Below are positions 35,446-48,223 of a stretch of 64,000 nucleotides of DNA, piece by piece. The stretch is taken from contig MCFH01000084.1 of the NCBI GenBank assembly GCA_002104945.1, forward strand, positions 1 to 64,000, in the 5' to 3' direction. A model generated the notes under the pieces. It was not told the origin of the DNA. It ran no database searches and saw only the letters and a list, made by a program, of their open reading frames with translations. Both the position numbers and the translations under genes were made by a program. This DNA comes from Piromyces finnis finn (Eukaryota > Fungi > Neocallimastigomycota). Numbering within the stretch: position 1 is the stretch's first letter; each line of letters opens with the position of its first letter.

Positions 35446-38400
35446 TGTAAAGATATCAAACGCCTCTGTTTGATATCTTTAATGTAACTTGAGCCACAAG
35501 TATTATTGTTTAAGTTACACAAATTATATTCAGAAAAAGAAAATGAGACATAATTTATTTATTAATAATTAAAGTTTAAAACAAAATAAATTATTAATTT
35601 ATTTTTAATGTTTAACAAGTAAATTAATATTCTCAATTTAAATCCCTAGTTTTAGTATTGTTTTTTTATAGAAATAGATAAATAATAAATGATTAATATA
35701 TCAATAATACATGGGCACATATTCAAATTAAATAGTACTTAATTTGAATTGCCAATTGTATTTTACTAAAAATAGTTATAGTTTAAATATTTATTAATAA
35801 TTAAGATTTTAGTGTAGATTTTAAATAATAATATATAAGAAATAAATAGTTATAATATAATATAAATGTATTTAGGAAAAATATAAATAGAAGATATTTT
35901 TCATCATTTTATCGATGTAATTGTTATTAATAAAATTTCTATTATAATAAAGGATTTTTTAAAAAACAATTTTATTTCTTATTTTATTTATTTAAGTGTT
36001 ATTATAATAGAATAGATATCCTAATCTATTCGGTTTAGTGTCTGACTTTACAATAACAATTACCTAAAAGAAGAGTAACGAATACGTTAGGGTATCAAGA
36101 AGAACTTTTGGAGAACTCTACTTGAAGGAATAGAAGAAATTTAAAAAAAAAAATTCTAGGGCTACCTGAGGAAGATTATCAAGAACTTTGGAACATTCTG
36201 CCGGACTACAAGAAGATTTTAATCTGTCGGAACATTTTTCAAATATTTTACACTGTAAGGGCTAATATTACGGCTGAAACTTGGAACTAACATTAGTTGA
36301 TAACTTGTTCGACACTGTAATTATACAGAGAGAGTCTGTAATAACTTATTAACTTATTGTTAGAAGACGAAAATTTTAGTTAAAAAAAAAAAAAATATAT
36401 ATTACTTACTTGGAATAATAGTAAGAAACACGCGTTTTTATTTTTTTTAAATTTTTAATTCTCTGTGTTTTGAATTAGAGTTGGAGGAATTAATTAATAC
36501 TTTTGATAATTTAAATTTAGAAGGAATGGAAGCAAGAGGTGGTGGTTCTTCAGTAAATTCAGGGAACATTATTAATGCTCCCCCGTTGTTTACTGGTAGA
36601 CATAGAGATTTAGATGGGTTTTTAACTAGAGTAGAATTGGTATTTCGAACTCGACCGGCACTGTACAATACAGATCGCGTCCGGGTTGATTTCGTTATTT
36701 CCTACTTCTCTGGTAGACCCCTGGAGTGGGCATCATCACTTATGAGGAATAATAGTAATGTATTGAACCGTTATGATGAATTTATAGATCGACTCAGGGC
36801 TAATTTCGGTAGTGATCGATATGACACCGTTGTTGCAAACGGTAAACTCTATAACATTAGACAAAGAAAACTTGGTCAAGTAGTTGATTATATCACCGAG
36901 TTTCAACGAGTTAGCCAAAATTCTAGCTTCAACGAAAGTGCTAAGATCTATATGTTTCTGAAAGGTTTAAATCCATTACTCAGAGAAAAATTGGCGTTCG
37001 TTGAAACAAACCCATCATCTTTGGAACAGTTAATATCTTCAACCATATTAGTTGAAGATATGATGAAAAGGAATTCTTTGAGTGAATTTTATTTTAATAA
37101 TAGAAGGGCTAATGATCCTATGGATGTTGACGTTTTTAGAATTAGTGCTGAAAAGAAGCGTAAACGTTTCGTAAACATTCAAGGAACTAGTAATAATTAT
37201 GATAAAAGCCCGAGAACATTTGAGGAAGAAAGGAAAAAGGGGGTTTGCTTTTTGTGTAAAAATCCAGGGCATTTTAAATTTAATTGTCCAAACAGAGTAA
37301 AACCCAAGAAAGTTTTTAGAATTATTAAGGAAAAAACCCCTAAAATTGTTGAATCAAAAATTTACAAAGTAGGAGTAATGAATAAAAAAGATGATTTGAA
37401 CTTCATTGACTTTTATTTAAGTACTAATGAGGTTCCTGAAGCAAAAATCAAGGTGTTGATTGATTCTGGTTCTGAGTTAAATTTTATTAACCCGGATATT
37501 GCTAAGAATCTCGGTATTAAATTTGAGAATGTTGACCCATTCCGTGTTTCCGGGGTCAATGATGGAATTTCAAGAGTCTGGGAAAAGTCGGAGAAATGTA
37601 TGTTAAGATGCAGGAACCACAACGAAGTTATTCAGTTGTATGGTTTAAAGGTTCCTGGAGTGAATGTTATTCTTGGATTACCTTGGATCAAAAAGCACAA
37701 TCCTGAAGCTTTTTATGATCCTAAGAAAATTGCTTTTAGTTCAGGTTATTGTGCTAGACACTGTAATCATGGAAAAAGAAAAAGGAAGCAAAGAAAGAAG
37801 TCTCAAAAAGGCCAACTGGATCATGACGTCCTTGACCGAAGTCTAACAAAAAAAGTTAAAACTGACTCTACAACTCCTTTAAAAAATCCTAAAGAAAAGG
37901 AGTATGTTAAAGGCCGCCTGGTAAGAACTATTAACGAAGAAGATGATAGTGAAGTTGAATTTATTAATAAAAAAGTTAAATGTATTGTAACAAAAATTAA
38001 TGAAATATGTAATAATGATAATGAATCATGTAATAATAATAATAATAATAATAATGAAAAAGATATTAATAAAGATAAATTGGTCGCCGTACCAACCCAA
38101 TATTTAGAATTTAGTGAAGTGTTTAATGAAAAAAATTGTGAAGTGTTACCTCCTCATAGACCTTATGATTGTGAAATCAAACTTAAAGATGATTCGACTT
38201 TATTTTATGGACCTTTGTATCCATTAACTGAAGTTGAAAGAGAGGAACTTAAAAAATATATTGATGATAATTTAAATAAAGGTTTTATTAGGAAATCATC
38301 GTCTCCTGCTGGTGCCCCAATTTTATTTGTTAAAAAGAAGGATGGCTCCCTAAGACTTTGTATCGATTATAGAAAGTTGAATGATATTACCATTCGTAAT

Positions 38401-41400
38401 TCATATCCTTTACCTTTAATTAGTGACCTTTTGGATAGGGTGAAAAATGCTAAGATTTTTACTAAATTAGACCTTAAATCCGCCTATAATCTTGTTCGTA
38501 TTAAAGAAGGTGATGAATACAAAACGGCTTTTCGTACTAGATATGGACATTTTGAATATTTGGTTATGCCTTTTGGATTAAAGAATGCACCTGCAACTTT
38601 TCAACACTTCATTAACGATGTTCTTAGTGACTATTTGGATAATTTTGTTATCTCATATATTGATGATATTCTTATTTATTCTAATAATATCGAAGAACAT
38701 CATGAGCATGTTAAAAAGGTACTTAAGAAACTACTTGAAAATAATCTTTATGTTAAATTAGAAAAATGTGAGTTTGATGTTGAGAAAACCACTTTTCTTG
38801 GTTATGTCATTTCAAAGGATGGATTGCAAATGGATGAGAATAAAATTAAAGCAATTCTCGATTGGCCGGTTCCCAAGAATGTTAAAGAGGTTCAGTCTTT
38901 TATTGGTTTATGCAACTATTACAGAATTTTTATTAAAGATTTTGCTAAAATTGCAAACCCTCTTCACAAACTCACTAGAAAGAATGTTGCTTTTAACTGG
39001 GTGAAAGAAGATCAGGACGCTTTTATTTTATTAAAATCTCTGTTCACGTCAGCTCCTATTCTGAAACATGCGGATAGTAATAAACAATTTATTGTAGAAA
39101 CTGATGCTAGTAATTATGCTGTCGGTGCTATTCTCTCTCAAGAATTTGATGGCAAATTACATCCTATTGCATTTCTTTCTAAAAGTTTGACGAGTTGTCA
39201 AAGAAACTATCCTATATATGACAAGGAACTTTTAGCTATTGTAGTTGCTCTTGAAGAATGGCGTCATTATTTAGAAGGTGCACGCCATCCGTTCATAATT
39301 TATACTGATCACAAGAATTTAACATTTCCTAGAAAACCTGAAATGTTATCTCAGAGACAAATTAGATGGAATTTGTTCTTATCCAGATTTGATTTTAAAC
39401 TCATTTATAGAGCTGGAAAGAAATCCGGTAAGCCTGATATCCTGTCTCGTAGAAGTGACCATGTAGAGAATAATATTAATTCTGATGTTTCTTGTCTTAC
39501 TATTTCGTTTCATCATAGCGATAACAAACCGTTAATCGATTCTATTTTATTAGAACTTAAAAATGACGATTTGTATAATTCTATTGTCCAATTTAAAATG
39601 AATGGTTCTGCATGTAATGCACCTATTAAAAATATTGATAAAGTTATTATTGATAACGAAGGATTTTTGTTATATAATAATCTTATTTATGTTCCTAAAT
39701 CTCTTAGGACAAGAGTTTTGGAACTTCATCATGATTCTGCTGCTGCTGGTCATTTCGGTATTAAGAAAACCACTGAACTGATTTCCAGAAACTTTTGGTG
39801 GCCAAGGTTTCATTCAGACGTTAAATCTTTTATCAAATCTTGCGTGACTTGTTGCAAATCCAAAGTCCCCAGACATAAGCCTTATGGATTGTTATCCCCT
39901 TTGGACACTCCCAGTAGGCCCTAGTCTGATATTTCTATTGATTTTATTGTTGATCTTCCTAAGTCCAGAGATATGACAACTCTCATGGTTGTTGTCGATA
40001 GATTTACTAAATTTGCTCACGCCATTCCTTTACGTTGTCTTCCTACTGCTTCGATTGCTGCTGATGCTTTTATTGCTAATGTCTTCCGTTTGCATGGTCT
40101 TCCTGATTCCATCATTTCTGATAGAGGCTCGCAATTTACTTCTGACTTTTGGTCAAGACTTTGTGACCTTCTTAATATCAATCATTCATTGTCAACTGCT
40201 AACCATCCGCAGACAGATGGTCAAACGGAGAGGGTGAACGGCATATTAGAACAATATTTCCGTTGTTTTATAAATAAAAAACAGAATAACTGGGTTGATC
40301 TTATCCCATTTGCTGAATTTGCATATAATAATACTTTACAACAATCTATAAATCAATCCCCATTCTTTGCTAATTATGGTTTTCATCCAAAGTTCAGCTT
40401 AGAAATTCCAGCTAATGATAGACCTAGTAGAGCTGAACAAAGAGTAATTGATATGAATGAAAACTTTAAATTATTAAAAGAAAACTTAGAAAAAGCAAAA
40501 GAAACATATAAGAAATATGCCGATATGAAGAGAATGATTCCCCCGGAGTTCGAAGTGGGAAAGAAGGTATGGTTATTGAAAGATTCTCCTGGAACTAACT
40601 TAAAGAAAAAATTAGCACCTCAAATGCTTGGTCCATTTGAGATAATTGAAAAAGTTAGTTCTCTCGCTTTCAAATTGAAACTTCCAAAGACAATGAGATG
40701 TCATCCAGTCTTTCATGTCTCATTGTTAGAACCATACTTTGAAAACGAGTTTAACGACAGGTCTAATCGTAGGAAGAGGAACATTCACCTTAACACAGAT
40801 TTAATTGAAAAAATTCCAGAGAAAATTGAAAAGATGAAATCTGTTAATGGTGAAACATTTTATAAGTTATCATGGAAAGGATTTGACAAATCCACTTGGA
40901 TTTCTGAAGATCAGATTCCAGATAAACAATTAATACAAGAGTTTGAAAGAAACTCTAAAAAGTCAAAATATAAGTCGAACGACTCCTCCATGAAAATTAG
41001 AAAGAATAAAGTTGGTAATCTAATCAAGCACAGATACCAACCATTTGTAATTGAAATTCCTTCGAGAAAAGATTACTTATAAATTAATCTCGCAGGAGCT
41101 CGACTTAGAGAGAGAGATTGTAAAGATATCAAACGCCTCTGTTTGATATCTTTAATGTAACTTAAGCCATAAGTATTATTGTTTAAGTTACACAAATTAT
41201 ATTCAGAAAAAGAAAATGAGACATAATTTATTTATTAATAATTAAAGTTTAAAACAAAATAAATTATTAATTTATTTTTAATGTTTAACAAGTAAATTAA
41301 TATTCTCAATTTAAATCCCTAGTTTTAGTATTGTTTTTTTTATAGAAATAGATAAATAATAAATGATTAATATATCAATAATACATGGGCACATATTCAA

Positions 41401-41532
41401 ATTAAATGGTACTTAATTTGAATTGCCAATTGTATTTTACTAAAAATAATTATAGTTTAAATATTTATTAATAATTAAGATTTTAGTGTAGATTTTAAAT
41501 AATAATATATAAGAAATAAATAGTTATAATAT
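35446..41532 (+). mobile_element. B2: family B element with a divergent gag; 3' LTR cut by element C
   Basis: 5' LTR 35446-36052, PBS ATAACAATTAC 36053-36063, gag-pol, PPT, 3' LTR from 41119 interrupted at 41532. Confidence 0.92.
36481..41082 (+). pseudogene. gag-pol: B2 Gag-Pol with one nonsense mutation
   Basis: ORFs 36481..39924 and 39973..41082 are in frame; TGG (W in B1) is TAG at 39922-39924. Confidence 0.92.
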
Positions 41533-42425
41533 TGTAAAGATATAAGATATATCTTTAGATTATTTAATAATTAATTATTAATTATTAAATAATAAATTAA
41601 TATTTAGTAAAACTTATAAAACTTTTGAATAAATTTATGGGATAATTTAATAATAAATTGTTTTATAATAATTCCGTTAAAATTAAATTAAGATAAATAT
41701 TTAAAATAATTAAAATATTTTTTTAAATACTTTTTATTTAATTTTAGAATAGATTATACTTTTTTATTTAAATTTAGAATAGCTTAATAATTTTAACTTA
41801 GTTTTAAAAATAGATTTGTTTATATTTCAATAGAAAATATATTAAGAATAATATTGATAATATTAAATTAATTTATAGAAAATACATGAGTTTTATTCAA
41901 TTTTGAGTTTACTCAAATTGAATTAAAAGTATAATGAATTAGTTTAGTTTAGTTCTGTTATTTTATTATTTAATTAAATTAGTTTTGTTTATTTTATATT
42001 AAATATATGTTTATTTAAATAGAATAATATATTAGAATATAATTATGAAAAAATATAAATACATGTAATTTTTGTTTATTAAATCGATGTAATTGTTATT
42101 TTCAATTTTTTAATTATTAACTATTATATAGTTAATAATCTTTTTAAGAGTTTTAAATAAAATGATTTTTAAAATAAAAATTTAATGTTTTATTTTTTTA
42201 TTTTTGTGTTAATAAAAATTGTTTTGTTTTAAGTATGAAATCTGTTTTAAATTTTATACTTTTACAATAACAATTACCTTTTCTTATTAAAAAACACGTT
42301 TTATATTTAATAATGAAACAATTTTTATTTTCTGAAGTTACAACATTGGGAATTGCTACCGTAGAAAATTTGGAACTTTTCGGAAATTTTTTCTCTTCGG
42401 AAATTTTTTTGTATACTTGAGAAGC

Positions 42426-42730
42426 CTACCTTGTGGAACTATTTATGGTGTAACTTCTGTCAGTGTAACATCAATTTTGTGTTACCCTACTTTGTGAAAT
42501 TCTAAATAAATTTTGTGAATACTACCTTGTGAAACCTTCTTTGTGAAACCCTACTTTGTGGAACTATAATTGTGGAATTTTTACTTGTGGAACACTACCT
42601 TGTGAAATCCTCCCTTCGTGGAATTCTTTTGAACGAATCTCGTGGAACTTTGCTTGTGGAACATCTTTACTTTGTGAAACTTTCTTTTATATATTAGAAT
42701 TGGAATGAGTGTAACTCTACTTTGTGAAAC
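42426..42730 (+). repeat. Irregular tandem array of (CTAC)YTTGTGRAA units in the C leader
   Basis: More than 10 visible copies of ttgtggaa/ttgtgaaa, often preceded by ctac. Confidence 0.8.
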
Positions 42731-42850
42731 AATGAAATCTTTATATATAAAATCTATCTGTAATACTAATAGAAATATATTTATGAAATACTCTTGTTTT
42801 TAAATTGATGAAACTCTTTTAAAATTAAATTTAATTATAATATACTATAA

Positions 42851-44355
42851 AAAGAACTCGCTCGACACCGTTTGATAGGATAGAGTCTGAGCGACATCTT
42901 TTATACATAGTATATTATAAATTAAATTGGATATATACAATTAAAAGAGTAAATTAAATCAAAAAATTAATTGCAAAGTAAGAAAATTAAAACTTATTTA
43001 AAAAGAAAGAAAATTAAGAAAAAGTTAATAAAATTTTAAAATTATTTAAATATATTGAGAAATAAGTGAATTAGTATGTTGATTTCACTTATTTGAATGA
43101 ATTATTAATTGTTATTTTGAAATGAACTTATTATATACTTAAAAGACCTCGCTCGACACCGTTTGATAGGATAGAGTCTGAGCGACATCTTTTAAACATG
43201 GTATATAATAATTATAGAATTATTTAAAATATATTGTATGAAAATTAAAATTTTGATATTTATTAATTAAAATGAAATTGAGAAATAAGTGAATTAAAAT
43301 GTAAATATCACTTATTGGAAAAAGTTATTTTATTGAAATATATTTATTATATATTATAAAAGACCTCGCTCGACACCTTTTGATAGGATAGAGTCTGAGC
43401 GACATCTTTTAGACGTAGTATATAATAATTTTAGATTTATTTAAAATACATTGAGAAATATGAAAATTAAAATTTTGATATTTATTAATTAAAAGTAGTT
43501 GAGGAATAAGTTATCTTATTGAAATAAATTTATTATATACTATAAAAGACCTCGCTCGACACCTTTTGATAGGATAGAGTCTGAGCGACATCTTTAGATA
43601 TTGTATATAATAAATTAAATTGAATATATAATTAAAACAAATTAAAATTTGATTATATAATAAATAAATTTGAAATGAATTTATTATATACTATAAAAGA
43701 CCTCGCTCGACACCTTTTGATAGGATAGAGTCTGAGCGACATCTTAGATATAGTATATAATAAATTAAAATTAAGAAATGAATTAAAATTTTACAATAAA
43801 AGTAAAAGTAATAAATGTGTAAAGTTAGTTAAATAAATAAATTATTCTTTATTATAATAAGATTTCGATGACACCTTTTTAGAGGACAGAGTCAGATCGA
43901 AATCTTTTTGGGAAATAGTATATAATAAATTAAATTGAAAATACTATAAATTAATTTAACTTGAAAATTTGAAATATATAATTTAATTTAATGAAGTTAG
44001 AAAATGATTTGATATTTAAAATCACTTTTAAAATAATTTAACTTCATACTAAATAAAGAACTCGACGACACCTTTTCTTTAAAGGATAGAGTCAGGTCGA
44101 CTTCTTTAATATGAAGATACAATATAAATTCGATTAACTAACTAAATAAATAAAATATATTCAAGGATTATATATTATTAATTAAATTAGATAAATACAA
44201 TTAAGAAGTTTATTAAATAATATATTAAAATATTATGAAGTAATACTAAAACGAGCTTAAAAAAAATAATTTAATTTCATTGTAATAACATGTTTTATAC
44301 TTTATAAAGAATTCGCTGACACCAGTTGATAGGATGGAGTCAGGTCGACTTCTTT
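42851..44355 (+). repeat. Array of 8 structured ~50-nt motifs separated by AT-rich spacers
   Basis: Copies start at 42851, 43141, 43358, 43544, 43695, 43859, 44055 and 44306; core GACA-CC..hairpin..GG-AYRGAGTC. Confidence 0.92.
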
Positions 44356-45379
44356 TATATAAAGGTGTATTTTATATAACTGAATATTTGACTAAATAGA
44401 AAATTCTTAATAATTAGAATATAAATTTAAAGCATTTTTAATTTGATTTGAATTTATCAACAAAAGTCAATACAAATTTAGTTATTTAAAAAGTTATACA
44501 TTTATTAAAAAAAAAATTAATTTTATATTTAGTAAATTAAGATAATTTGAATGTAATAGTTTATTAAATAATTTATTAAACAAATGATTAAGAATAAATA
44601 ATTAAAATAATTTGAATTCAATATGAGGAGGTTTTACAAATTTAGTTGTTAAATAAATTATGTTTTTTATATTTAATAAATTAAAATAAATTAATTAAAT
44701 AAAGAATTTCTTATAATTGTAGAATAAATTCACAAATTTAATTTGATTTGAATTTATTATAAAGAAGTTATTTTATATCTAGTTAATAAGTTTATATTTT
44801 TATTAAGAAGTAAGTTTTATATTTAAAAGATTCAAATAACTTGAATAAATTAATATAGTAGTTTTGATTGAATAATTATAAAGTTAAATGAATATATAAT
44901 AAGAAATGAGTGTAATATTTTTTATTCTTAATAATATGATGGTAGTGAAATCAGAGCTAGAAAATTAATCTATTCTGGATCTGTTCTTAATTTCATTTAT
45001 CTGGATTTTATAAAGAATAAAATGAAAATAAAAAGAATCAAGAAAGAAGAACAATTCAGTAATGAAAATAATAAATTTGAAAATTCCAATGTTTTAAAAA
45101 GAAACTTAATGAATTACTGAATTGTGGAGGATTATAACAAAATGTTAAGTACATTCGTCCTATGGAAAATAATGTTATCTAAATAATTTTGATTATAATA
45201 AATGTAATTTAAGAAATAAATATGATTGTAATGTATTAGTATTGTAGAATTAGAAATAGCTATAATAGAAATTAATGAGGAATAGTTTTAGTAATAGTAA
45301 CAATTTGATAGTATAATAGTTAGTATTAATAATAATTAAAAAAAAATAGAATTAATAAATACAACAAATGAAAAAAAAT

Positions 45380-45525
45380 ATAATAAAATGTAATAAATAG
45401 AATAAATTAATAAATAGAATAAATTAATAAATAGAATAAGTTAATAAATATGATAAATGTAATAAATAGAATAAATTAATAAATAGAATAAGTTAATAAA
45501 TATGATAAATGTAATAAATATAATG
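45380..45525 (+). repeat. Low-complexity tandem repeat (aataaatagaataaatt-like)
   Basis: Direct reading. Confidence 0.65.
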
Positions 45526-47567
45526 AATAAAACAAATATAAATTAATGTAATATGTATAATAATTATAAGAGTTTTTAATAAATGAATAGTTTTTATGTA
45601 CTTAATAAAACGAACTTTATAAAGGAAAAAAAAAAGATTTTAATCTTTATACAATTCTTTTTAATGGAAGTATAATGAGATTGATAACTAAAATTACTAT
45701 ATATTGATTGTAGGAAATTAAATGATATAATTATTGAAATTCATATATTCCTTTAATCAATAAATAAGATAAATGGAGTAAAATATGTTTTTAAACTAAA
45801 TTTAAATATATCAATAGCTTAGTAAGAATTAAATAAGGTGATGAATTTAAATTTGCTTTAATCTTTATATGGCATTTTTAATTTATTATCATACCTTTTA
45901 TTCAAAAATGTATCAGCTCTATTTTAATATTTTAAGTGATGCTTTTGATGAAGTATTTTAATTACTTTATAATTAATAATATATAGTACAACATTATGTA
46001 TATGTTTATATCAATTCTGTGATGTTTTATTGATGATATTTAAATTTATGAATTCATTGTTAAATTTTTAAAAAAGAAATAATTTTATAATACCATATAT
46101 TGATAAATTATAAAATAATAGAGAATTATAAATATGCTAAAAGTATTTTAAAAACGTCTAAAAATGATAAATTTGTTAATTAAATTATAGTATTTACTTG
46201 ATGACTTGATACCACTTTTGTTTATTTAATAATAAGATTAAAAAAATAGTGGTAAAGTTAATATAATTATTGAATGATGTTTTTCCATTATTATTAATGA
46301 ATGTTAATTTTTTTACAAATATTTTATTACTAAGAATTTTGTTATATTTATTTGCTTAATAATAACCTTTAAAAAAAATATGTTCCACTTGGTTTAAAGT
46401 TTGTACAATAATAAAAAACATTTAATACTCTTTAAAGGTTATTTCCTTTATAATTTTAGAATTGTCTGTTTGATATATTTAATATAAATTTTATCACAGA
46501 CTTTCCATTTAAATGAGAGGGTGAACGAGATATTGTTCCAATATCTCCGTTGGTTAATAAAATCGAATTGATTGTTATATTGGAATCTACTTATAATATT
46601 TTATTGTAATCAACCAATCAATTTCAATTTTATACAAACTATGGATTTAATTTAAAATTTAATATTGAAATTTCTTCAGCTAATAAATCAAAGAAAGTTG
46701 AACAGATTATTATAAGTATTAATAAAAAGTATTAAAATTGTAAAATAGAATTTTGATCATGCATAAGAAGATTATAAAAGTCATGATGATCAAGAAGAAT
46801 TGAATAAATAAAAATTTGAAACTTAAGTAAATGTTTTGTTTTGAATACTTAAATAAAAAATGTTAATAGAAAACTAATTTATAAATAACCATAATCTGAA
46901 TATAAAAACAAATGGATTCTTGATGATTAAGTTTTAGATAAATTATTAGAATTATGTATAAGTAACAAGAATGATAATAAGAGTATAAATAAATTAAATA
47001 CTTATATATTTTTTTAACAATGTTATGATTTAGAAAAAGTAGTAACCATTTGTTATTTAAATTTCTTCAAGAAAATAATCTCGCAGGAGCTCGACTTAAA
47101 GGGCGAGATTGTAAAGATATAAGATATATCTTTAGATTATTTAATAATTAATTATTAATTATTAAATAATAAATTAATATTTAGTAAAACTTATAAAATT
47201 TTTGAATAAATTTTATGGAATAATTTAATAATAAATTGTTTTATAATAATTCCGTTAAAATTAAATTAAGATAAATATTTAAAATAATTAAAATATTTTT
47301 TTAAATACTTTTTATTTAATTTTAGAATAGATTATACTTTTTTATTTAAATTTAGAATAGTTTAATAATTTTAACTTAGTTTTAAAAATAGATTTATTTA
47401 TATTTCAATAGGAAATATATTAAGAATAGTATTGATAATATTAAATTAATTTATAGAAAATACATGGGCTTTATTCAATTTTGAGTTTACTCAAATTGAA
47501 TTAAAAGTATAATGAATTAGTTTAGTTTAGTTCTGTTATTTTATTATTTAATTAAATTAGTTTTGCT

Positions 47568-48223
47568 TGTTAAGGATTTCACTTCAGTTAGGTCGGAACG
47601 TACATATTTACCCTAAGTTTATCAATTAATTAAATAAATGAATTAGTAAATTTTTAAATAAATAATATTTTATTAACTTTATTTATTAATAAATTTTTAT
47701 TTAAAGAAAAATCTTTATTTATTAGTTATTATTATAATTAGAGTAAATATTAAATGTAATGAACTCTCGAAATTCCTAATGATAGGAATTTTCTCGAGTT
47801 TTTATACTATCTCTGATATTAAGGAATACATTTTAAATTTAATACATGACTAATTATTTATATTAATTAACTATTCTATAAATTAATTATATATTAATTA
47901 TATATGACTTTTCACTCGTGTTAAATTTAATAATTATAAAAGTCATATTATCAATCATTTGTAGAAGGAATGATTATTTTATAATTTAGTTTTAATTTCC
48001 TTCTTAATCAAATGAACAAAGAAATATTAATTCAAACTTTAATAAATATAAAATCTTAATAATTATAATTAATTAATATTTCTTAAAATATTATTTAATT
48101 ATGTTTTATAATAAAATATTTCTAATTAATTAAACGAATAAAACACTAATTAAATAAACAATCATGAATCCACTAATATTCATGACAATTAAATACATTA
48201 TTCTATTAATACAATATTTTACA
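47568..48223 (+). repeat. LTR of a further family (3' tip shared with LTR Y)
   Basis: TG...CA; ends taaatacattattctattaatacaatattttaca as LTR Y does; flanks TTGCT and CTCAT do not match. Confidence 0.65.

Larger units (their letters stand above)
41533..47567 (+). mobile_element. Element C: non-coding (non-autonomous) LTR element related to family B
   Basis: LTRs 41533-42266 and 47110-~47567 (about 2% different over the shared part, by eye); PBS ATAACAATTAC; B-type pre-PPT sequence; no ORF in the track over the 4.8-kb interior; decayed PR and IN relics. Confidence 0.88.

Noticed and set aside
42851-42902. Hammerhead, HDV-like or hairpin ribozyme assignment for the array motif
   Set aside because: CUGAGCGA resembles CUGANGA, but there is no stem II-GAAA. 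The HDV nested pseudoknot and the hairpin ribozyme loop B could not be built by eye.
42851-44355. CRISPR array
   Set aside because: Eukaryotic retrotransposon context and no cas genes. Spacers are long (about 100-240 bp), AT-rich and resemble each other, and the repeat has single-copy homologs in retrotransposon leaders.
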